NCBI GenBank assembly: GCA_963705505.1 | Contig: CAVPJU010000001.1 | Span: forward strand, 192,001-256,000 | Origin: an uncultured bacterium | GTDB lineage: Bacteria; Desulfobacterota_D; UBA1144; Nemesobacterales; UBA2774 | Direction of reading: 5' to 3' | Length of the DNA stretch: 64,000 bases | Shown: piece after piece, positions 39,586 through 54,124 of the stretch | How positions within the stretch are numbered: position 1 is the stretch's first letter | How the letters are laid out: the number at the start of each line of letters is the position of its first letter | Made by a program: the position numbers and the translations under genes | The notes under the pieces: model-generated | Seen by the model: only the letters and a program-made list of their open reading frames with translations | Told to the model about the DNA's origin: nothing | Databases searched by the model: none

Positions 39586-40431
39586 TTGAGAAAACCGGTC
39601 GGAAAGGGATTATGTTTTCAGATATTTTGCATATGCGCATGTCTCTTTTTATTTTTGAGTTTCGTTAAGGATTCGCATCCCGCGGAAAATAATCCCGGTT
39701 TGAAATTTCTCGTGTCGGGCAAGGTCGTCAAGGAAATAACTCTTGAGGGCCTCGAGTCCAAGCTAAAAACATACCGTATCGAGCTTTATGATACGGAGTA
39801 CAAGAAGGTAAAGAGGTACGAGGGGTTCAAGGTCGAAGACGTGCTCAGGCTCGGCTTAGGAGATAAATTAGACAGCCCCGATTTCACGGATATAGCGTTC
39901 ACCGCGCTTGACGGTTATGAGAGCGTGTCGTCTCTTCCGAAGATGAAGGAGGCGGGAGGGTATATAGTATTCGCCGATCTCGGTTCCGATGACTGGGAGC
40001 CCGTCGGCAGGATGGGGGCGAATCCCGGCCCTTTCTATCTCGTCTGGACGGGGAAAGAGCAGACTCCCGAAAAAGAATACCCCTGGCCCTGGCAGATAGC
40101 TTCTATAAATATCATGCGCTTTCAGGACCAGTACCCGCTCGTCTATCCGAGAGGGGGGGCGAAGGATTCTCCCGCATATAAAGGATACGAGATATTCAAG
40201 GGCAGGTGCGTGAGGTGTCATTCGATGAATCAGCAGGGCGGGAAGGTGGGTCCCGACCTGAACGCTCCTCAAAGTATCGTGACTTACCGGCCCGAGCAAA
40301 TGATAAAGGAGTTCATCAGTCACCCGTCCGTATACCGCTATACACAGATGCCCGACCATCCGGATTTAACAGATCAGGACCTGGATAATCTGATCGCGTA
40401 CTTCAAGTATATGAATCAACTTAGGAAATAG
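39586..40431 (+). CDS. Exported protein with sulfite-oxidase/molybdopterin-binding-like N-domain and C-terminal monoheme cytochrome c
   Basis: Signal peptide; FTALDGY, PGPFYLVW and WPWQIASI motifs; CVRCH...GPDL...MP. Confidence 0.7.
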   Translation: MRKPVGKGLCFQIFCICACLFLFLSFVKDSHPAENNPGLKFLVSGKVVKEITLEGLESKLKTYRIELYDTEYKKVKRYEGFKVEDVLRLGLGDKLDSPDFTDIAFTALDGYESVSSLPKMKEAGGYIVFADLGSDDWEPVGRMGANPGPFYLVWTGKEQTPEKEYPWPWQIASINIMRFQDQYPLVYPRGGAKDSPAYKGYEIFKGRCVRCHSMNQQGGKVGPDLNAPQSIVTYRPEQMIKEFISHPSVYRYTQMPDHPDLTDQDLDNLIAYFKYMNQLRK

Positions 40432-40434
40432 AAG

Positions 40435-41802
40435 TCAACGCTTTTCGACCATCATCTTCATCCCGTATTTGGGGCGGATTGTGATTAGAGGGTCTGGCTC
40501 GACCTTGTGATTCGGAGCGAGGCGCATCTTCCATCGGGAGGCTATGGCGGCGATGAGCAGCACACCCTCCATCCAGGCGAACGGCTCACCGATACAGCGC
40601 CTCGGTCCCCCGCCGAAAGGGAAATAGGCGAATTTGGGCAGGGACGAATCGTCCTCCGCGCCCCACCTGTCGGGGTCGTATTTAAGCGGGTCGGGATAAA
40701 AGCGCGGGTCGCGGTGCATGACGTACTGGCTCATGAAAATATCCGTCCCCGAGGGAACTGTGTAACCCCCGACCTGATAATCGTTTATTACGCGCCGCGC
40801 GAGTGTCCACGCCGCCGGATAGAGCCTGAGCGTTTCCTTGAAGACATTATGCGTGTATGGGAGCCTGCCGAGGTCGTCAACCGACGGCGGGCGTCCGCCC
40901 AGGACCGTATCTATCTCCTCGTGCAGCTTCTTTTCCGCTTCAGGGTTCTGAGATAACAGGTACCATGTCCAAGTGAGTGTGTTGGCCATCGTTTCCTGCC
41001 CGGCGAGGAAGAGAGTAATTGCCTCGTCCCTCACCTGGCGGTCGCTCATACCCTTGCCGTCCCCTTCTTCGTCCTGGGCTTCGAGAAGCATCGTAAGCAG
41101 GTCGTCTTTGGCTCCCATGTCGGACCGTCTTTCTTCTATGAGTCTGTAGATGATGGTGTCGAGGCGTTTTATTGCTTCAATACCCCTTTTGTTTCCGGGG
41201 AGGGGCAGATAGTCGAGGATTTCCGAGAATGGAAAAACAAACCGGGTGAACAGGCCCACAAGGTCGGCCAGGGATTTTACGATCTCGTCTGATTCCGATT
41301 CCACGTCCGCGTCGAAGATCGTTTTGCTCACGACCGCGAGCGTGAGCTTAGTCATTTCCGTGTGTATATCGACTGTTTCTCCGCTCTGCCAGTCCCGGCC
41401 CGCGCGTGAGCCGTAGTCCGCCATCACATGACCGTATGTTTTAATCCTCTTGTGATGGAACACTGGCTGAATGATTCTTCTCTGTCTCAGGTGCGACTCC
41501 CCTTCGTTCGTGAGGAGCCCCTCTCCGAGTACGATCCTCGCGCGGTCGAGCGCGCGGCTCTTCGTGAAATTGCGGTTATGCGTCACGAGGACGTCTTTTA
41601 TGTGGTCGGGGTTATTTAAGAGGTAAACCCTCCGCGAGCCTACAGTGTAATAGACTATGTCCCCGTACTCCCGAGAGATTCTTGTGAGGAACCCGAGGGG
41701 GTCTCTGAAGTAGTCGATAAGCGAGCCGATATACGGCAGCCCTTTCGGTCCCGGGGGCAGCAATGGTCTCTTAATCCGGTACTCTTTATTCACGGCTTCC
41801 AT
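40435..41802 (-). CDS. Cytochrome P450
   Basis: PPGP, I-helix AGQET, ETLR (ExxR), DPDRW and FGGGPRRCIG heme-thiolate motif. Confidence 0.95.
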   Translation of the reverse strand: MEAVNKEYRIKRPLLPPGPKGLPYIGSLIDYFRDPLGFLTRISREYGDIVYYTVGSRRVYLLNNPDHIKDVLVTHNRNFTKSRALDRARIVLGEGLLTNEGESHLRQRRIIQPVFHHKRIKTYGHVMADYGSRAGRDWQSGETVDIHTEMTKLTLAVVSKTIFDADVESESDEIVKSLADLVGLFTRFVFPFSEILDYLPLPGNKRGIEAIKRLDTIIYRLIEERRSDMGAKDDLLTMLLEAQDEEGDGKGMSDRQVRDEAITLFLAGQETMANTLTWTWYLLSQNPEAEKKLHEEIDTVLGGRPPSVDDLGRLPYTHNVFKETLRLYPAAWTLARRVINDYQVGGYTVPSGTDIFMSQYVMHRDPRFYPDPLKYDPDRWGAEDDSSLPKFAYFPFGGGPRRCIGEPFAWMEGVLLIAAIASRWKMRLAPNHKVEPDPLITIRPKYGMKMMVEKR

Positions 41803-41947
41803 ACTTGAATCAAGAATATGGAATCGCGTATGGGGTGTCAACAATGTCAGGGGTTAGAATCTCGAAAATGAGAAGTAATTATAGAACTCTATTGTCTTGT
41901 AATCAATCTGCTATCTAGTGTAAATTAGTCAGGAAGAGGAGACGGTT

Positions 41948-42415
41948 ATGGAAGACATACAGACTCTGCGACGGATATTGATGGAAAATAAAACCATAGC
42001 GGTCGTGGGACTATCGGACAAATGGCACCGGCCGAGCTACTTCGCGGCGAAATACCTTCAGGACCACGGCTACAGGATAATCCCGGTGAACCCCGGGCAT
42101 AAAGAGATTTTAGGTGAGAAATGTTACGCAAGTCTCCTGGATATCCCGGAAAAAGTGGATGTCGTCGATATATTCAGGAAGTCGGAGGACGTCCCGCCGA
42201 TAGTCGAGGACGCGATTAAGATAGGGGCGAAGGTCGTATGGATGCAGCTCGGAATCATAAACGAAGAGGCGGCGAAGCGAGCGAGGGAAGCGGGACTCGA
42301 GGTCGTCATGAACAGGTGCATGAAGATAGAGCACGGGCGGCTTTTCGGAGGGATTAATTTTCTTGGCGTGAACAGGGGGCTTATTTCTTCAAAGAGATCA
42401 AAGTGGGTGCCCTAA
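41948..42415 (+). CDS. CoA-binding protein (YccU-like)
   Basis: IAVVGLS, IIPVNP, VDIFR, WMQLGI and VMNRCMKIEH motifs. Confidence 0.9.
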   Translation: MEDIQTLRRILMENKTIAVVGLSDKWHRPSYFAAKYLQDHGYRIIPVNPGHKEILGEKCYASLLDIPEKVDVVDIFRKSEDVPPIVEDAIKIGAKVVWMQLGIINEEAAKRAREAGLEVVMNRCMKIEHGRLFGGINFLGVNRGLISSKRSKWVP

Positions 42416-42421
42416 AAGATC

Positions 42422-44972
<2,551 letters not shown>

Positions 44973-45028
44973 TGAGTGGGCATGATTTCTCAACCGGCAC
45001 GCAGGCGGAATAAATTTACGCGGGATAA

Positions 45029-45919
45029 GTGATGAAAATCGGGATCGCGCTAGGAGGGGGAGGGGCAAAAGGGTTTGCGCATATAGGCGTGCTCAGGGCT
45101 CTCGGGGAAGCAGGCATTGATTTCGACGTCGTCGCCGGCACCAGCATAGGCGCGCTCGTAGGCGCGGTATATGCTTCGGGGAAGCTCCCCGAGCTCGAGC
45201 GCATCTCGAGACGGTACGGAGTAAAGGACCTCCCCTTTCTGCTCGGCCCCACCTGGCCCCGGAAGGGTCTTTTCAGCGGGAATTATATAGAGCGCCTGTT
45301 GAACGATATCGTTCATGTGGAAAATATAGAAGATTTAGGGAAACCCTTCGCTGCGCTCGCGGTCGACCTGAATAAAGCTGAGGTTGTTACTTTTACGCGC
45401 GGGAATCTTTACAGAGCCGTACACGCCAGCATGTCTATTCCGGGTTTGTTCAAGCCCGTGATAGACGGGGATAAGATACTCGTAGACGGCGGTGTCCTGG
45501 AGCCGGTACCGGTGAACGCTCTCAGGCGTCTCGGCGCCGGCGTTGTCGTGGCGGTCGATCTCCTGAGCAATCTGTCCCCGATGAGCGGCGCGAGGACCAG
45601 GCCGGTGTTCGTTGACTATATCCGCTCCCTGGCCGAGAAGTTCTACATGGAGGATCTGATCGAGGTGAAGGATAGGGAAAGGGAAATCGCCGTATCCCTC
45701 GTCGATATCATACAGAGGAGTTCTATCGTCGCTCAGAGGAGGCTTACTGAATATAATTTCAGGGACAATCCCCCGGACATCGTCATTGACCCTCCGCTCT
45801 CCGATATTAAAGTCCTCGATTTCCATCGGGGCGAATCAATAATCGAGACGGGCAGGCAGGCTGCGGAGAAGGTCATTCCCGAGCTGCGGAGCCTTCTCAC
45901 AAGAACCTGCTCCCGATAA
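45029..45919 (+). CDS. Patatin-like phospholipase
   Basis: GGGGAKG, GTSIG and DGG motifs. Confidence 0.92.
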   Translation: MMKIGIALGGGGAKGFAHIGVLRALGEAGIDFDVVAGTSIGALVGAVYASGKLPELERISRRYGVKDLPFLLGPTWPRKGLFSGNYIERLLNDIVHVENIEDLGKPFAALAVDLNKAEVVTFTRGNLYRAVHASMSIPGLFKPVIDGDKILVDGGVLEPVPVNALRRLGAGVVVAVDLLSNLSPMSGARTRPVFVDYIRSLAEKFYMEDLIEVKDREREIAVSLVDIIQRSSIVAQRRLTEYNFRDNPPDIVIDPPLSDIKVLDFHRGESIIETGRQAAEKVIPELRSLLTRTCSR

Positions 45920-47348
45920 ACTCTCTTCTCCCCGTCTTCCATTCGAGAAACAGCAGTATCCAGACAGGTGCGAATTCGAGCCACACGATTACATCACTGA
46001 ATACTCTCGATTCTCCCCGAGGCTCGAAATAATACCTCAGATAGTAGAGCGGGAGTAACGCCGTGAGCATGAGGAGCGGGAATCTCGGCTGAAGGGTTAA
46101 AAAGGGGAGGAGCCACACGTAGTACCACGGGAACTCGGTCGGGCTGACGAGGAACACGAATGCGATTATGAATAGGCTTTTTTTGAAGAGGTCGCTTTCG
46201 GTGGGCTTCCTGTACGTCGTATACGCAACCCATAGAACCGTAAGAGAGGCTGCGATCACACGCGCCAGAGCGTACTTGTTATACGTTTGGAATCCGAGAG
46301 TGCCGAGAGAGAAATCCGAGATGAAAATTAAAATGCGGAAAATCGAATCGTTGTTTTCCCAGCTCCTGCCGTAAGCGATGAGGCCTGAAGACTGGTCGGG
46401 CCCCGAGAGATATAGCGGCAGGAAGAGGACGCACAGGAGGGGTATCAACAGGATCAGCGCGCGCAGTATCCTTCCGGGGTTTGAAGCTATGGGGCGCAAG
46501 ACAAGGGGTATCAGGAATGCGGGCCAGAGCTTTATGCCGATGCCCGCCGCAAGGCTCGTGAGAGAACCCAAGTACTTAGCTCTCAACGCGAGCAGCAAAC
46601 CTCCAAATGCGAAAGGAAGGACAAGGACGTCCAGATGGCCGGAGTTATATATTTCCTTGACGAGGAGGGGATTCCACCAGTAAATCATAGAGTAGATCAG
46701 GGGCAGCCGCATGAGGTTGAGGGAATACAGGATGAGAGCTAGTGTCGCGATGTCGAAAACGAGCAGTATCGCTCTCCACGGTAAGAGGCTCCACGGCTTT
46801 ATGAGGTATGAGAGTGCAAAGAGCGCCTGGGTGACCGGAGGGTATATAGTGCGTATGCGGGGGTGGTTGATGCGGTGTATTATATCGCCTGAGTTATAAG
46901 CGAGCCTGCTTAGTTCCTCGGGGACAGCTCGGTTTTGAATAACTTCTTCCGGCGAATACTTGTAGGGGTTTATGCCGTTCGCGGTCACTGCCCCGTCCCA
47001 TAGGTATCTGAAATAATCGTCTTCGAGTATCGGGGTTGAGAAAAACATCACTACCCTGAGCGCGAGGCCGATAAATAAGACAAAGCCCAGCATTGTGCCG
47101 GCGTTAACCGACTTGAGCGCTCTGGAAACGGTAAATATGTAAAGAGCGCCCGAGAAAGTGAGTATCAGGACAAGCAGGAGCACGGGCCTGTCTATGAGCT
47201 GTGTCTCCTCAGAGAAATAATCCGAGAGGAAGGACAATATGAGGAAGAGACCCGTAAGCATCAAACCGCTCCATACGATCAGCCTCTTCGTATTTAACGT
47301 ACGTTCGCGCTTCCTCTCCTGATCCGCTCCGAAGAGCAAGTTCATCAT
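45897..47348 (-). CDS. Polytopic membrane glycosyltransferase (GT-C, GT87-like)
   Basis: EDDYFRYLWDG, TIYPP, WWNPL, GHLD and PWY motifs; start codon uncertain. Confidence 0.75.
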   Translation of the reverse strand: MMNLLFGADQERKRERTLNTKRLIVWSGLMLTGLFLILSFLSDYFSEETQLIDRPVLLLVLILTFSGALYIFTVSRALKSVNAGTMLGFVLFIGLALRVVMFFSTPILEDDYFRYLWDGAVTANGINPYKYSPEEVIQNRAVPEELSRLAYNSGDIIHRINHPRIRTIYPPVTQALFALSYLIKPWSLLPWRAILLVFDIATLALILYSLNLMRLPLIYSMIYWWNPLLVKEIYNSGHLDVLVLPFAFGGLLLALRAKYLGSLTSLAAGIGIKLWPAFLIPLVLRPIASNPGRILRALILLIPLLCVLFLPLYLSGPDQSSGLIAYGRSWENNDSIFRILIFISDFSLGTLGFQTYNKYALARVIAASLTVLWVAYTTYRKPTESDLFKKSLFIIAFVFLVSPTEFPWYYVWLLPFLTLQPRFPLLMLTALLPLYYLRYYFEPRGESRVFSDVIVWLEFAPVWILLFLEWKTGRREFIGSRFL

Positions 47349-47462
47349 GACGCTCCGGTGTATTCGGCTCCTGGTATCAATATACGCTCTTGCCGCAGTG
47401 CCCGGAAGGAGTAATCTGATTGTGGAAAGAATGGAATCAGGCGGAGGTTGATGAATACAATC

Positions 47463-48428
47463 TCATGCGTGCTCGGCGTGTTCTTCGAGAAATCTCTCGG
47501 CGTCGATTGCCGCCATACACCCCGACCCCGCTGCGGTGATGGCCTGCCTGTATTTGTTGTCCCTCACGTCACCCGCAGCGAATACTCCGGGGATGCTCGT
47601 CTCGGTGCTTCCGTTCTTTGTAATTAAGTATCCGAGTCCGTCCATTTCGAGCTTTCCCTTGAAGAGCGCCGTGTTCGGGTTATGCCCTATCGCGATAAAA
47701 ATGCCCTGAATCCCTTTTTCGGAAACCTCGCCTGTCTTCGTGTTCCTGAGCCTGACCCCTCTTACGCCGCCCTCCCTGTCACCCAATATTTCTTCCACCT
47801 CTGAATTCCAGATGAAACCTACCTTCGGATTTTTTTGCGCCCTGTCCTGCAGTATTTTCGATGCCCGCAGCTGTTCTCTCCTGTGCACGATGTCCACCTT
47901 CGACGCGAACTTCGTGAGGAACGTGGCTTCCTCGAGAGCGCTGTCCCCGCCGCCTACGACTACGAGTTCCTTACCCTTGAAGAAGAACCCGTCGCACGTG
48001 GCGCATGTCGATACACCGTGCCCGAGAAGGAGCTTCTCCGATTCTATACCCAGCATCTTCGCTGAGGCTCCGGATGCGATAATAAAGGAATCCGCTTCGA
48101 GGACGGTATCTCCGGCGGTGATCTTAAAAGGCCTCTTCGAGAAATCGACCGAGGTAATGGTGCTTAGCACGCACTTTGCCCCGAATCTCTCGGCCTGCTT
48201 CCTCATCGAATCCATAAGCGCGGGCCCCATTATCCCATCCGGGAAACCGGGGAAATTTTCCACCTCTGTCGTCAATGTCAGCTGGCCGCCTGCTTCCTTC
48301 CCCTCGAATACAACCGGTTCAAGGTTTGCCCTGGCTGTATAGAGAGCGGCTGTCAGTCCCGCCGGGCCCGAGCCCATTATGACGACCTTGTGCCTGCCTT
48401 TTACGTCCTTTGTGTCAGTCATTTTCAC
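47463..48428 (-). CDS. trxB: Thioredoxin reductase
   Basis: GSGPAG, CATCDG, GGGDSA and FAAGDV motifs. Confidence 0.96.
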   Translation of the reverse strand: MKMTDTKDVKGRHKVVIMGSGPAGLTAALYTARANLEPVVFEGKEAGGQLTLTTEVENFPGFPDGIMGPALMDSMRKQAERFGAKCVLSTITSVDFSKRPFKITAGDTVLEADSFIIASGASAKMLGIESEKLLLGHGVSTCATCDGFFFKGKELVVVGGGDSALEEATFLTKFASKVDIVHRREQLRASKILQDRAQKNPKVGFIWNSEVEEILGDREGGVRGVRLRNTKTGEVSEKGIQGIFIAIGHNPNTALFKGKLEMDGLGYLITKNGSTETSIPGVFAAGDVRDNKYRQAITAAGSGCMAAIDAERFLEEHAEHA

Positions 48429-48638
48429 TCCCGATATATATGCTTATTCTGTAAACTCCGCTTTATACTACATCTCGGAAGCGGATTTTCAAGTTAAGCT
48501 TACGCATGCAAAGTTCCGATTTATTTTAGATAGCGGGGGACAGGCATAGGATTCAAACGGGGCTTTCACCGGGCTGCTCGATGCTTCTGGTAGAATAATT
48601 ATGTCGCACGGTAATTCCAAGGGGCATAAAGGGATCGT

Positions 48639-49751
48639 ATGAGTATCAATAGATTGCCGTTACATGATGTACACGAGTCGTTAGGCGCGGTCTTTCGCGA
48701 GAGAGGAGAATGGCTCGTGCCGTATACCTACGGTGACACGCGGGCTGAGTATGAAGCGGTAAGAAAGCGCGTCGGTCTGGCGGATTTGTCTGACCGCGGG
48801 AAGCTCTGTCTCGGAGGTAAGGAGCATCTGAAATTTCTTCAGGGCATGCTCACGAACGACGTCATGAAGCTCGGGGAAGGTAGGGGGATGTACGCCGCGG
48901 TTCTCACCGTAAAGGGCAGGATGATTTCCGATATGAGGGTTTACCGTGAAAAGGAATCCGTGTTACTGGACCTCGAGCCCGGACTCAACATCAAGGTGGG
49001 GGAGCTCCTTAAAAAATTCAGGCTCTCTTACAAGGCGAGCATAGACGATTTGACCGAGAGCCTCGGTCTCATATCCATACAGGGTCCTGATGCGCCGCGT
49101 CTTCTTGCCGACATTATCGGTATAGAGAATCCTTTGCTGAACGAATACGAGCATGCGAGGCGGACTGTGGACGGGACGGAGATCATGGTTGTAAAAGCCG
49201 GCAGGACGGGAGAGGAAGGTTATGATGTTTACGTCGAGGCAGGTCTGCTCTCGTCTATTTGGGAACTGTTGGCGGAGAAAGGAAAGGAGTACGGGATAAG
49301 ACCTGTCGGCTCCGGGGCCCTAGAAATGCTCAGAATTGAAGCCGGTATACCTGCATACGGAATTGACATGGATGAAGATACGATTCCGATAGAGGCGGGA
49401 CTCTGGAACGCGCTCAATTTCGAAAAGGGATGCTACGTCGGTCAGGAGGTTATAGCCAGAATAAAGTGGAGGGGTCATGTTAACTGGCATCTTGCGGGTT
49501 TGGTTTTGAGCGGGGAGAGGACTCCCGATAAGGATGACGAGGTGATTCAAGGGGAAAAAAAGATAGGCCGCGTCACGTGCGGGGCTTTGTCCCCAGCACT
49601 GGGAAGGCCCATAGCGCTCGGGTACATAAGAAGGGAATTCATAGAGCCCGGCACGGGGGTTCAAATTCGGTTCAGCGACGGGGCAGAGGAGCAGGCGGAG
49701 GTCTCCCCCCTGCCGTTCACAAGGGGCTCGATCAGTCGAAATATGGAATAA
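48639..49751 (+). CDS. GcvT/YgfZ-family folate-binding aminomethyltransferase-like protein
   Basis: DLSDRGK, LRIEAG and KGCYVGQEVIAR (YgfZ signature). Confidence 0.85.
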   Translation: MSINRLPLHDVHESLGAVFRERGEWLVPYTYGDTRAEYEAVRKRVGLADLSDRGKLCLGGKEHLKFLQGMLTNDVMKLGEGRGMYAAVLTVKGRMISDMRVYREKESVLLDLEPGLNIKVGELLKKFRLSYKASIDDLTESLGLISIQGPDAPRLLADIIGIENPLLNEYEHARRTVDGTEIMVVKAGRTGEEGYDVYVEAGLLSSIWELLAEKGKEYGIRPVGSGALEMLRIEAGIPAYGIDMDEDTIPIEAGLWNALNFEKGCYVGQEVIARIKWRGHVNWHLAGLVLSGERTPDKDDEVIQGEKKIGRVTCGALSPALGRPIALGYIRREFIEPGTGVQIRFSDGAEEQAEVSPLPFTRGSISRNME

Positions 49752-49890
49752 TTGTCAAATTACTCACTCTAATCCTTGATTTTATCTCCCTCTCTATTAT
49801 AGTATCAGTCGGGTGTTTTCTTTCGGGTTAAAAGCTAGTTAATAAACAGGGTTGGGAATCTTTTATAAATCACTATTAACATTTTATTAA

Positions 49891-50970
<1,080 letters not shown>

Positions 50971-51023
50971 AAAGCGGTTACTATGTCGGTGTATTACGGT
51001 CCTTTTACTGATATGATATACAC

Positions 51024-51851
51024 ATGGGCTTCTTCAAGCGTCGCACCATAATTGTCATCCTGATTCTCTTCTTTATCGCGATACAGCTTTTTTCGCTCGA
51101 TCTCAGGGAAAGGAACAGCAAGAACCCGGTATCTAAATTCGTCCTGACCCTGACTTATTACCCCCAGAAATTCGTTTTTACGATCACGGAGAAGGTCGTA
51201 GGCACATGGCGGGATTATATCGACCTCGTGCATGTGAAAGAGGAGAATAAGAGTCTCCGGGAAGAGCTTAACAGCCTTCGTCAGGAAAAGTTCGAGCTTG
51301 CCGAAATCAAGGCGCAGAACTCGAGACTAAAAAAACTTTTGCAGTTCAAAGATGAATCTGTTTACCCTGTGGTATCCGCGAACGTGATAGGGGCAAGTCC
51401 CTCCATGCTGCGCTCTCAGGTCGTCATAGTCGACAAGGGCAGTACGGACGGGATAACCGAGGGGATGCCCGTAGCCTCTTACGACGGGATCGTCGGGAGG
51501 ATCCTGCTTACGGGCGATAAGAGCTCGGAAGTGCTTTTGATCACGGACCCAGTGAGCGCCGTAGACGCTTACATCCACAGGACCCGCGCGAGAGGCATTG
51601 TAAAGGGGGTCGGGAACGGCTGTGAGATGGAATATATCGAAAACAAATCCGATGTCAGCGTCGGGGACAAGGTCATCTCGTCCGGGAAAGACGGTTTTTT
51701 CCCTAAAGGGGTTATAATCGGGACCGTTACCGGTATAAGCGCAAGCGGGAGTTTCATCAGCGCCGGGATTTCTCCGCACGTCGATCTTAACTCGCTTGAG
51801 GAGGTAGTAATAATACAAAAACCCGTAAACAATATGGTTTTAAATGAATAA
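51024..51851 (+). CDS. mreC: Rod shape-determining protein MreC
   Basis: N-terminal TM, coiled coil, DKGSTDG and SSGKDGFFPKG motifs; operon order. Confidence 0.93.
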   Translation: MGFFKRRTIIVILILFFIAIQLFSLDLRERNSKNPVSKFVLTLTYYPQKFVFTITEKVVGTWRDYIDLVHVKEENKSLREELNSLRQEKFELAEIKAQNSRLKKLLQFKDESVYPVVSANVIGASPSMLRSQVVIVDKGSTDGITEGMPVASYDGIVGRILLTGDKSSEVLLITDPVSAVDAYIHRTRARGIVKGVGNGCEMEYIENKSDVSVGDKVISSGKDGFFPKGVIIGTVTGISASGSFISAGISPHVDLNSLEEVVIIQKPVNNMVLNE

Positions 51852-52335
51852 GACTATTACGTACATCTCTTTGCTTGTTGTCTCGATCGTTCTTATTACG
51901 GTGCAGTCGACGATCCTGTCACCGAGAAAAGTCGGGTTCCTGTTTCCCGATCTGAATTTGATCTTTATAGTTTTTCTCGCCGTTTATTCGGAAGCGAGAG
52001 GGAGCTTCCTCATAGCCGCGGGCAACGGATATATGATGGATGTCCTCTCGGGGAATCTCCCCGGGACTTTTACTATATCCCGCGTGAGCGCGTACCTGCT
52101 CGTACGCACCAGCTCCAATCATGTCTATCTCAAGAAAGTAATCGTCCAGGGGCTCGTAATATTCATAACGACTATTTTTACGTGGACTTTTATTTTAACT
52201 ATAATTAGAATAAAGAGTGACGCGGGCTTTGCGCTTTCAATCAACGAAATACTTACTCAGGGGCTTATAAATTCGGTAGTTGGCGTGCCGCTTTTCTGGG
52301 CAGCGGGCAGGATACATGCAAGATTTCAGAAATAG
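51844..52335 (+). CDS. mreD: Rod shape-determining protein MreD
   Basis: Hydrophobic protein with PDL and G-x-x-MDVLSG; between mreC and mrdA. Confidence 0.88.
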   Translation: MNKTITYISLLVVSIVLITVQSTILSPRKVGFLFPDLNLIFIVFLAVYSEARGSFLIAAGNGYMMDVLSGNLPGTFTISRVSAYLLVRTSSNHVYLKKVIVQGLVIFITTIFTWTFILTIIRIKSDAGFALSINEILTQGLINSVVGVPLFWAAGRIHARFQK

Positions 52336-54124
52336 ACTCGTAATTGCGACTATAATTCTCGGCATAGCGTTCCTGGGGCTGGTATCGAGACTCTGGTTCT
52401 TACAGGTGTTAAAGGGGGACGAGTTTGAGGCTTTTTCCCGCGATAACAGGATAAGGATCGAGAGAGTTCCCGCTTCGAGAGGGAGGATCCTCGACAGGTA
52501 CGGACGCGAGCTTGTAGTAAACAGACCATCCTTTGACATTTATGTTCTGCCCAAGGACGTTGAGGACTTCTCCTCGCTCAGTGTAAACCTGTCCAGGGTG
52601 CTCCGCGAGGACCCTAACAAGATCGAGCAGAAAATAGTCCAGGCATCTAAGAAGAACCGCTTCAAATCCGTCCTTGTCGCGCAGGATATAGACCGCGATC
52701 AGCTGGCTTACATAGAGGCGCGAAGGACGTCGCTCCCGGGCCTCATCATAGAGGTCAACAATTTGAGACAGTACCCTCACGGAGTGCTCGGCGCATCGTT
52801 CCTGGGATATATAGGCAAGGTGAACGAAGACGAGCTCCAGGCAAACCCTGAGCTCAACAGCAACGGTCTTGTGGGAAAAACCGGGGTCGAAAAGACCTGG
52901 GAAGATTCCCTCCGCGGGGATGACGGGTTCGTTCAGAAAGTTACCGACGCACTGGGAAGGGAAGTTACTTCGAACCTCTTCCAGAAAGACCTCGTCAACA
53001 AGGACAGCGTCCCCGGCAACGACGTCATGCTGTCCGTGGATATCGATCTCCAGAAGGCCGCCGAAGACGCCCTCGGTGAGGAGTTCGGTGCGATTGTGGC
53101 GGTGAACGTCAGGAACGGGGAGGTGCTCGCTCTTGCCAGCAGGCCCTCGTTCGATCCGGCCGATTTTGTGAAGGGTATCGACCCGAAGACCTGGTCCGAG
53201 CTTGTTAAAGACAAGAATTTCCCCCTTGTGAACCGCGCTACACAGGGTCTTTACGCTCCCGGCTCCGTTTTTAAGATGATATCGAGCGCAGCCGCATTGA
53301 GTGAGGGAATAATCAACCCGGATACGCTACTGAATTGTCCGGGATTTCACAAAGTGGGATCGCATACTTACAAGTGCTGGAAAACGGGAGGCCACGGCTG
53401 GATGAACTTGAGGTCGGCAATAGTCCATTCGTGCGATGTTTATTTTTACCAACTCGGGGATAGACTGGGAATTGACAGGCTCTCCAAGTATATGAAGTTG
53501 TTCGGTTTCGGGTCTCTCACCGGAATTGGAATCGAAGAACGTGCCGGAATCGCTCCAAGCAAGGAGTGGAAACTGGAGAAGTTTAAAAAGCCGTGGTACA
53601 AAGGCGAGACGACCGTTACCGCAATCGGACAGGGTTTTGTAAGCGTAACTCCGCTTCAGGTTGCCATGATGACGGCCGCCATAGCGGATGACGGAACCCT
53701 CCTTACTCCCAAACTGGTTATAAAAGAGGTAGCATTCAACGGGGATACTACAATGAACGATGTTCCGCCGAAGGCGCATCTCCCCATTAGTCATGAAGTA
53801 CTATCCCTCATCAGAGATGCCATGACGGGCGTTGTCAACGAGCCCGGCGGCACAGGTCACGGAGCAAGAATCGAGAATATAACGGTTGCGGGAAAGACAG
53901 GCACGGCTCAAGTGATCGCACTCGACTCACAAACTAACGATAAGGCGCACCAGGATCATGCCTGGTTTACCTCGTTTGCTCCGGCCGAGGCTCCCGAAAT
54001 CGTCGTGACGGTGCTTATTGAGCACGGAGGACATGGCGGAGCGGTTGCCGCCCCTATAGCCAAGAAAATAATTGAGATGTATTTCAATCTGAAGAAAGAG
54101 AGAAAAACAAATGATAATGTTTGA
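52316..54124 (+). CDS. mrdA: Penicillin-binding protein 2
   Basis: RGRILDR, PGSVFK (SxxK), SCD and KTGTAQ motifs. Confidence 0.95.
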   Translation: MQDFRNRLVIATIILGIAFLGLVSRLWFLQVLKGDEFEAFSRDNRIRIERVPASRGRILDRYGRELVVNRPSFDIYVLPKDVEDFSSLSVNLSRVLREDPNKIEQKIVQASKKNRFKSVLVAQDIDRDQLAYIEARRTSLPGLIIEVNNLRQYPHGVLGASFLGYIGKVNEDELQANPELNSNGLVGKTGVEKTWEDSLRGDDGFVQKVTDALGREVTSNLFQKDLVNKDSVPGNDVMLSVDIDLQKAAEDALGEEFGAIVAVNVRNGEVLALASRPSFDPADFVKGIDPKTWSELVKDKNFPLVNRATQGLYAPGSVFKMISSAAALSEGIINPDTLLNCPGFHKVGSHTYKCWKTGGHGWMNLRSAIVHSCDVYFYQLGDRLGIDRLSKYMKLFGFGSLTGIGIEERAGIAPSKEWKLEKFKKPWYKGETTVTAIGQGFVSVTPLQVAMMTAAIADDGTLLTPKLVIKEVAFNGDTTMNDVPPKAHLPISHEVLSLIRDAMTGVVNEPGGTGHGARIENITVAGKTGTAQVIALDSQTNDKAHQDHAWFTSFAPAEAPEIVVTVLIEHGGHGGAVAAPIAKKIIEMYFNLKKERKTNDNV

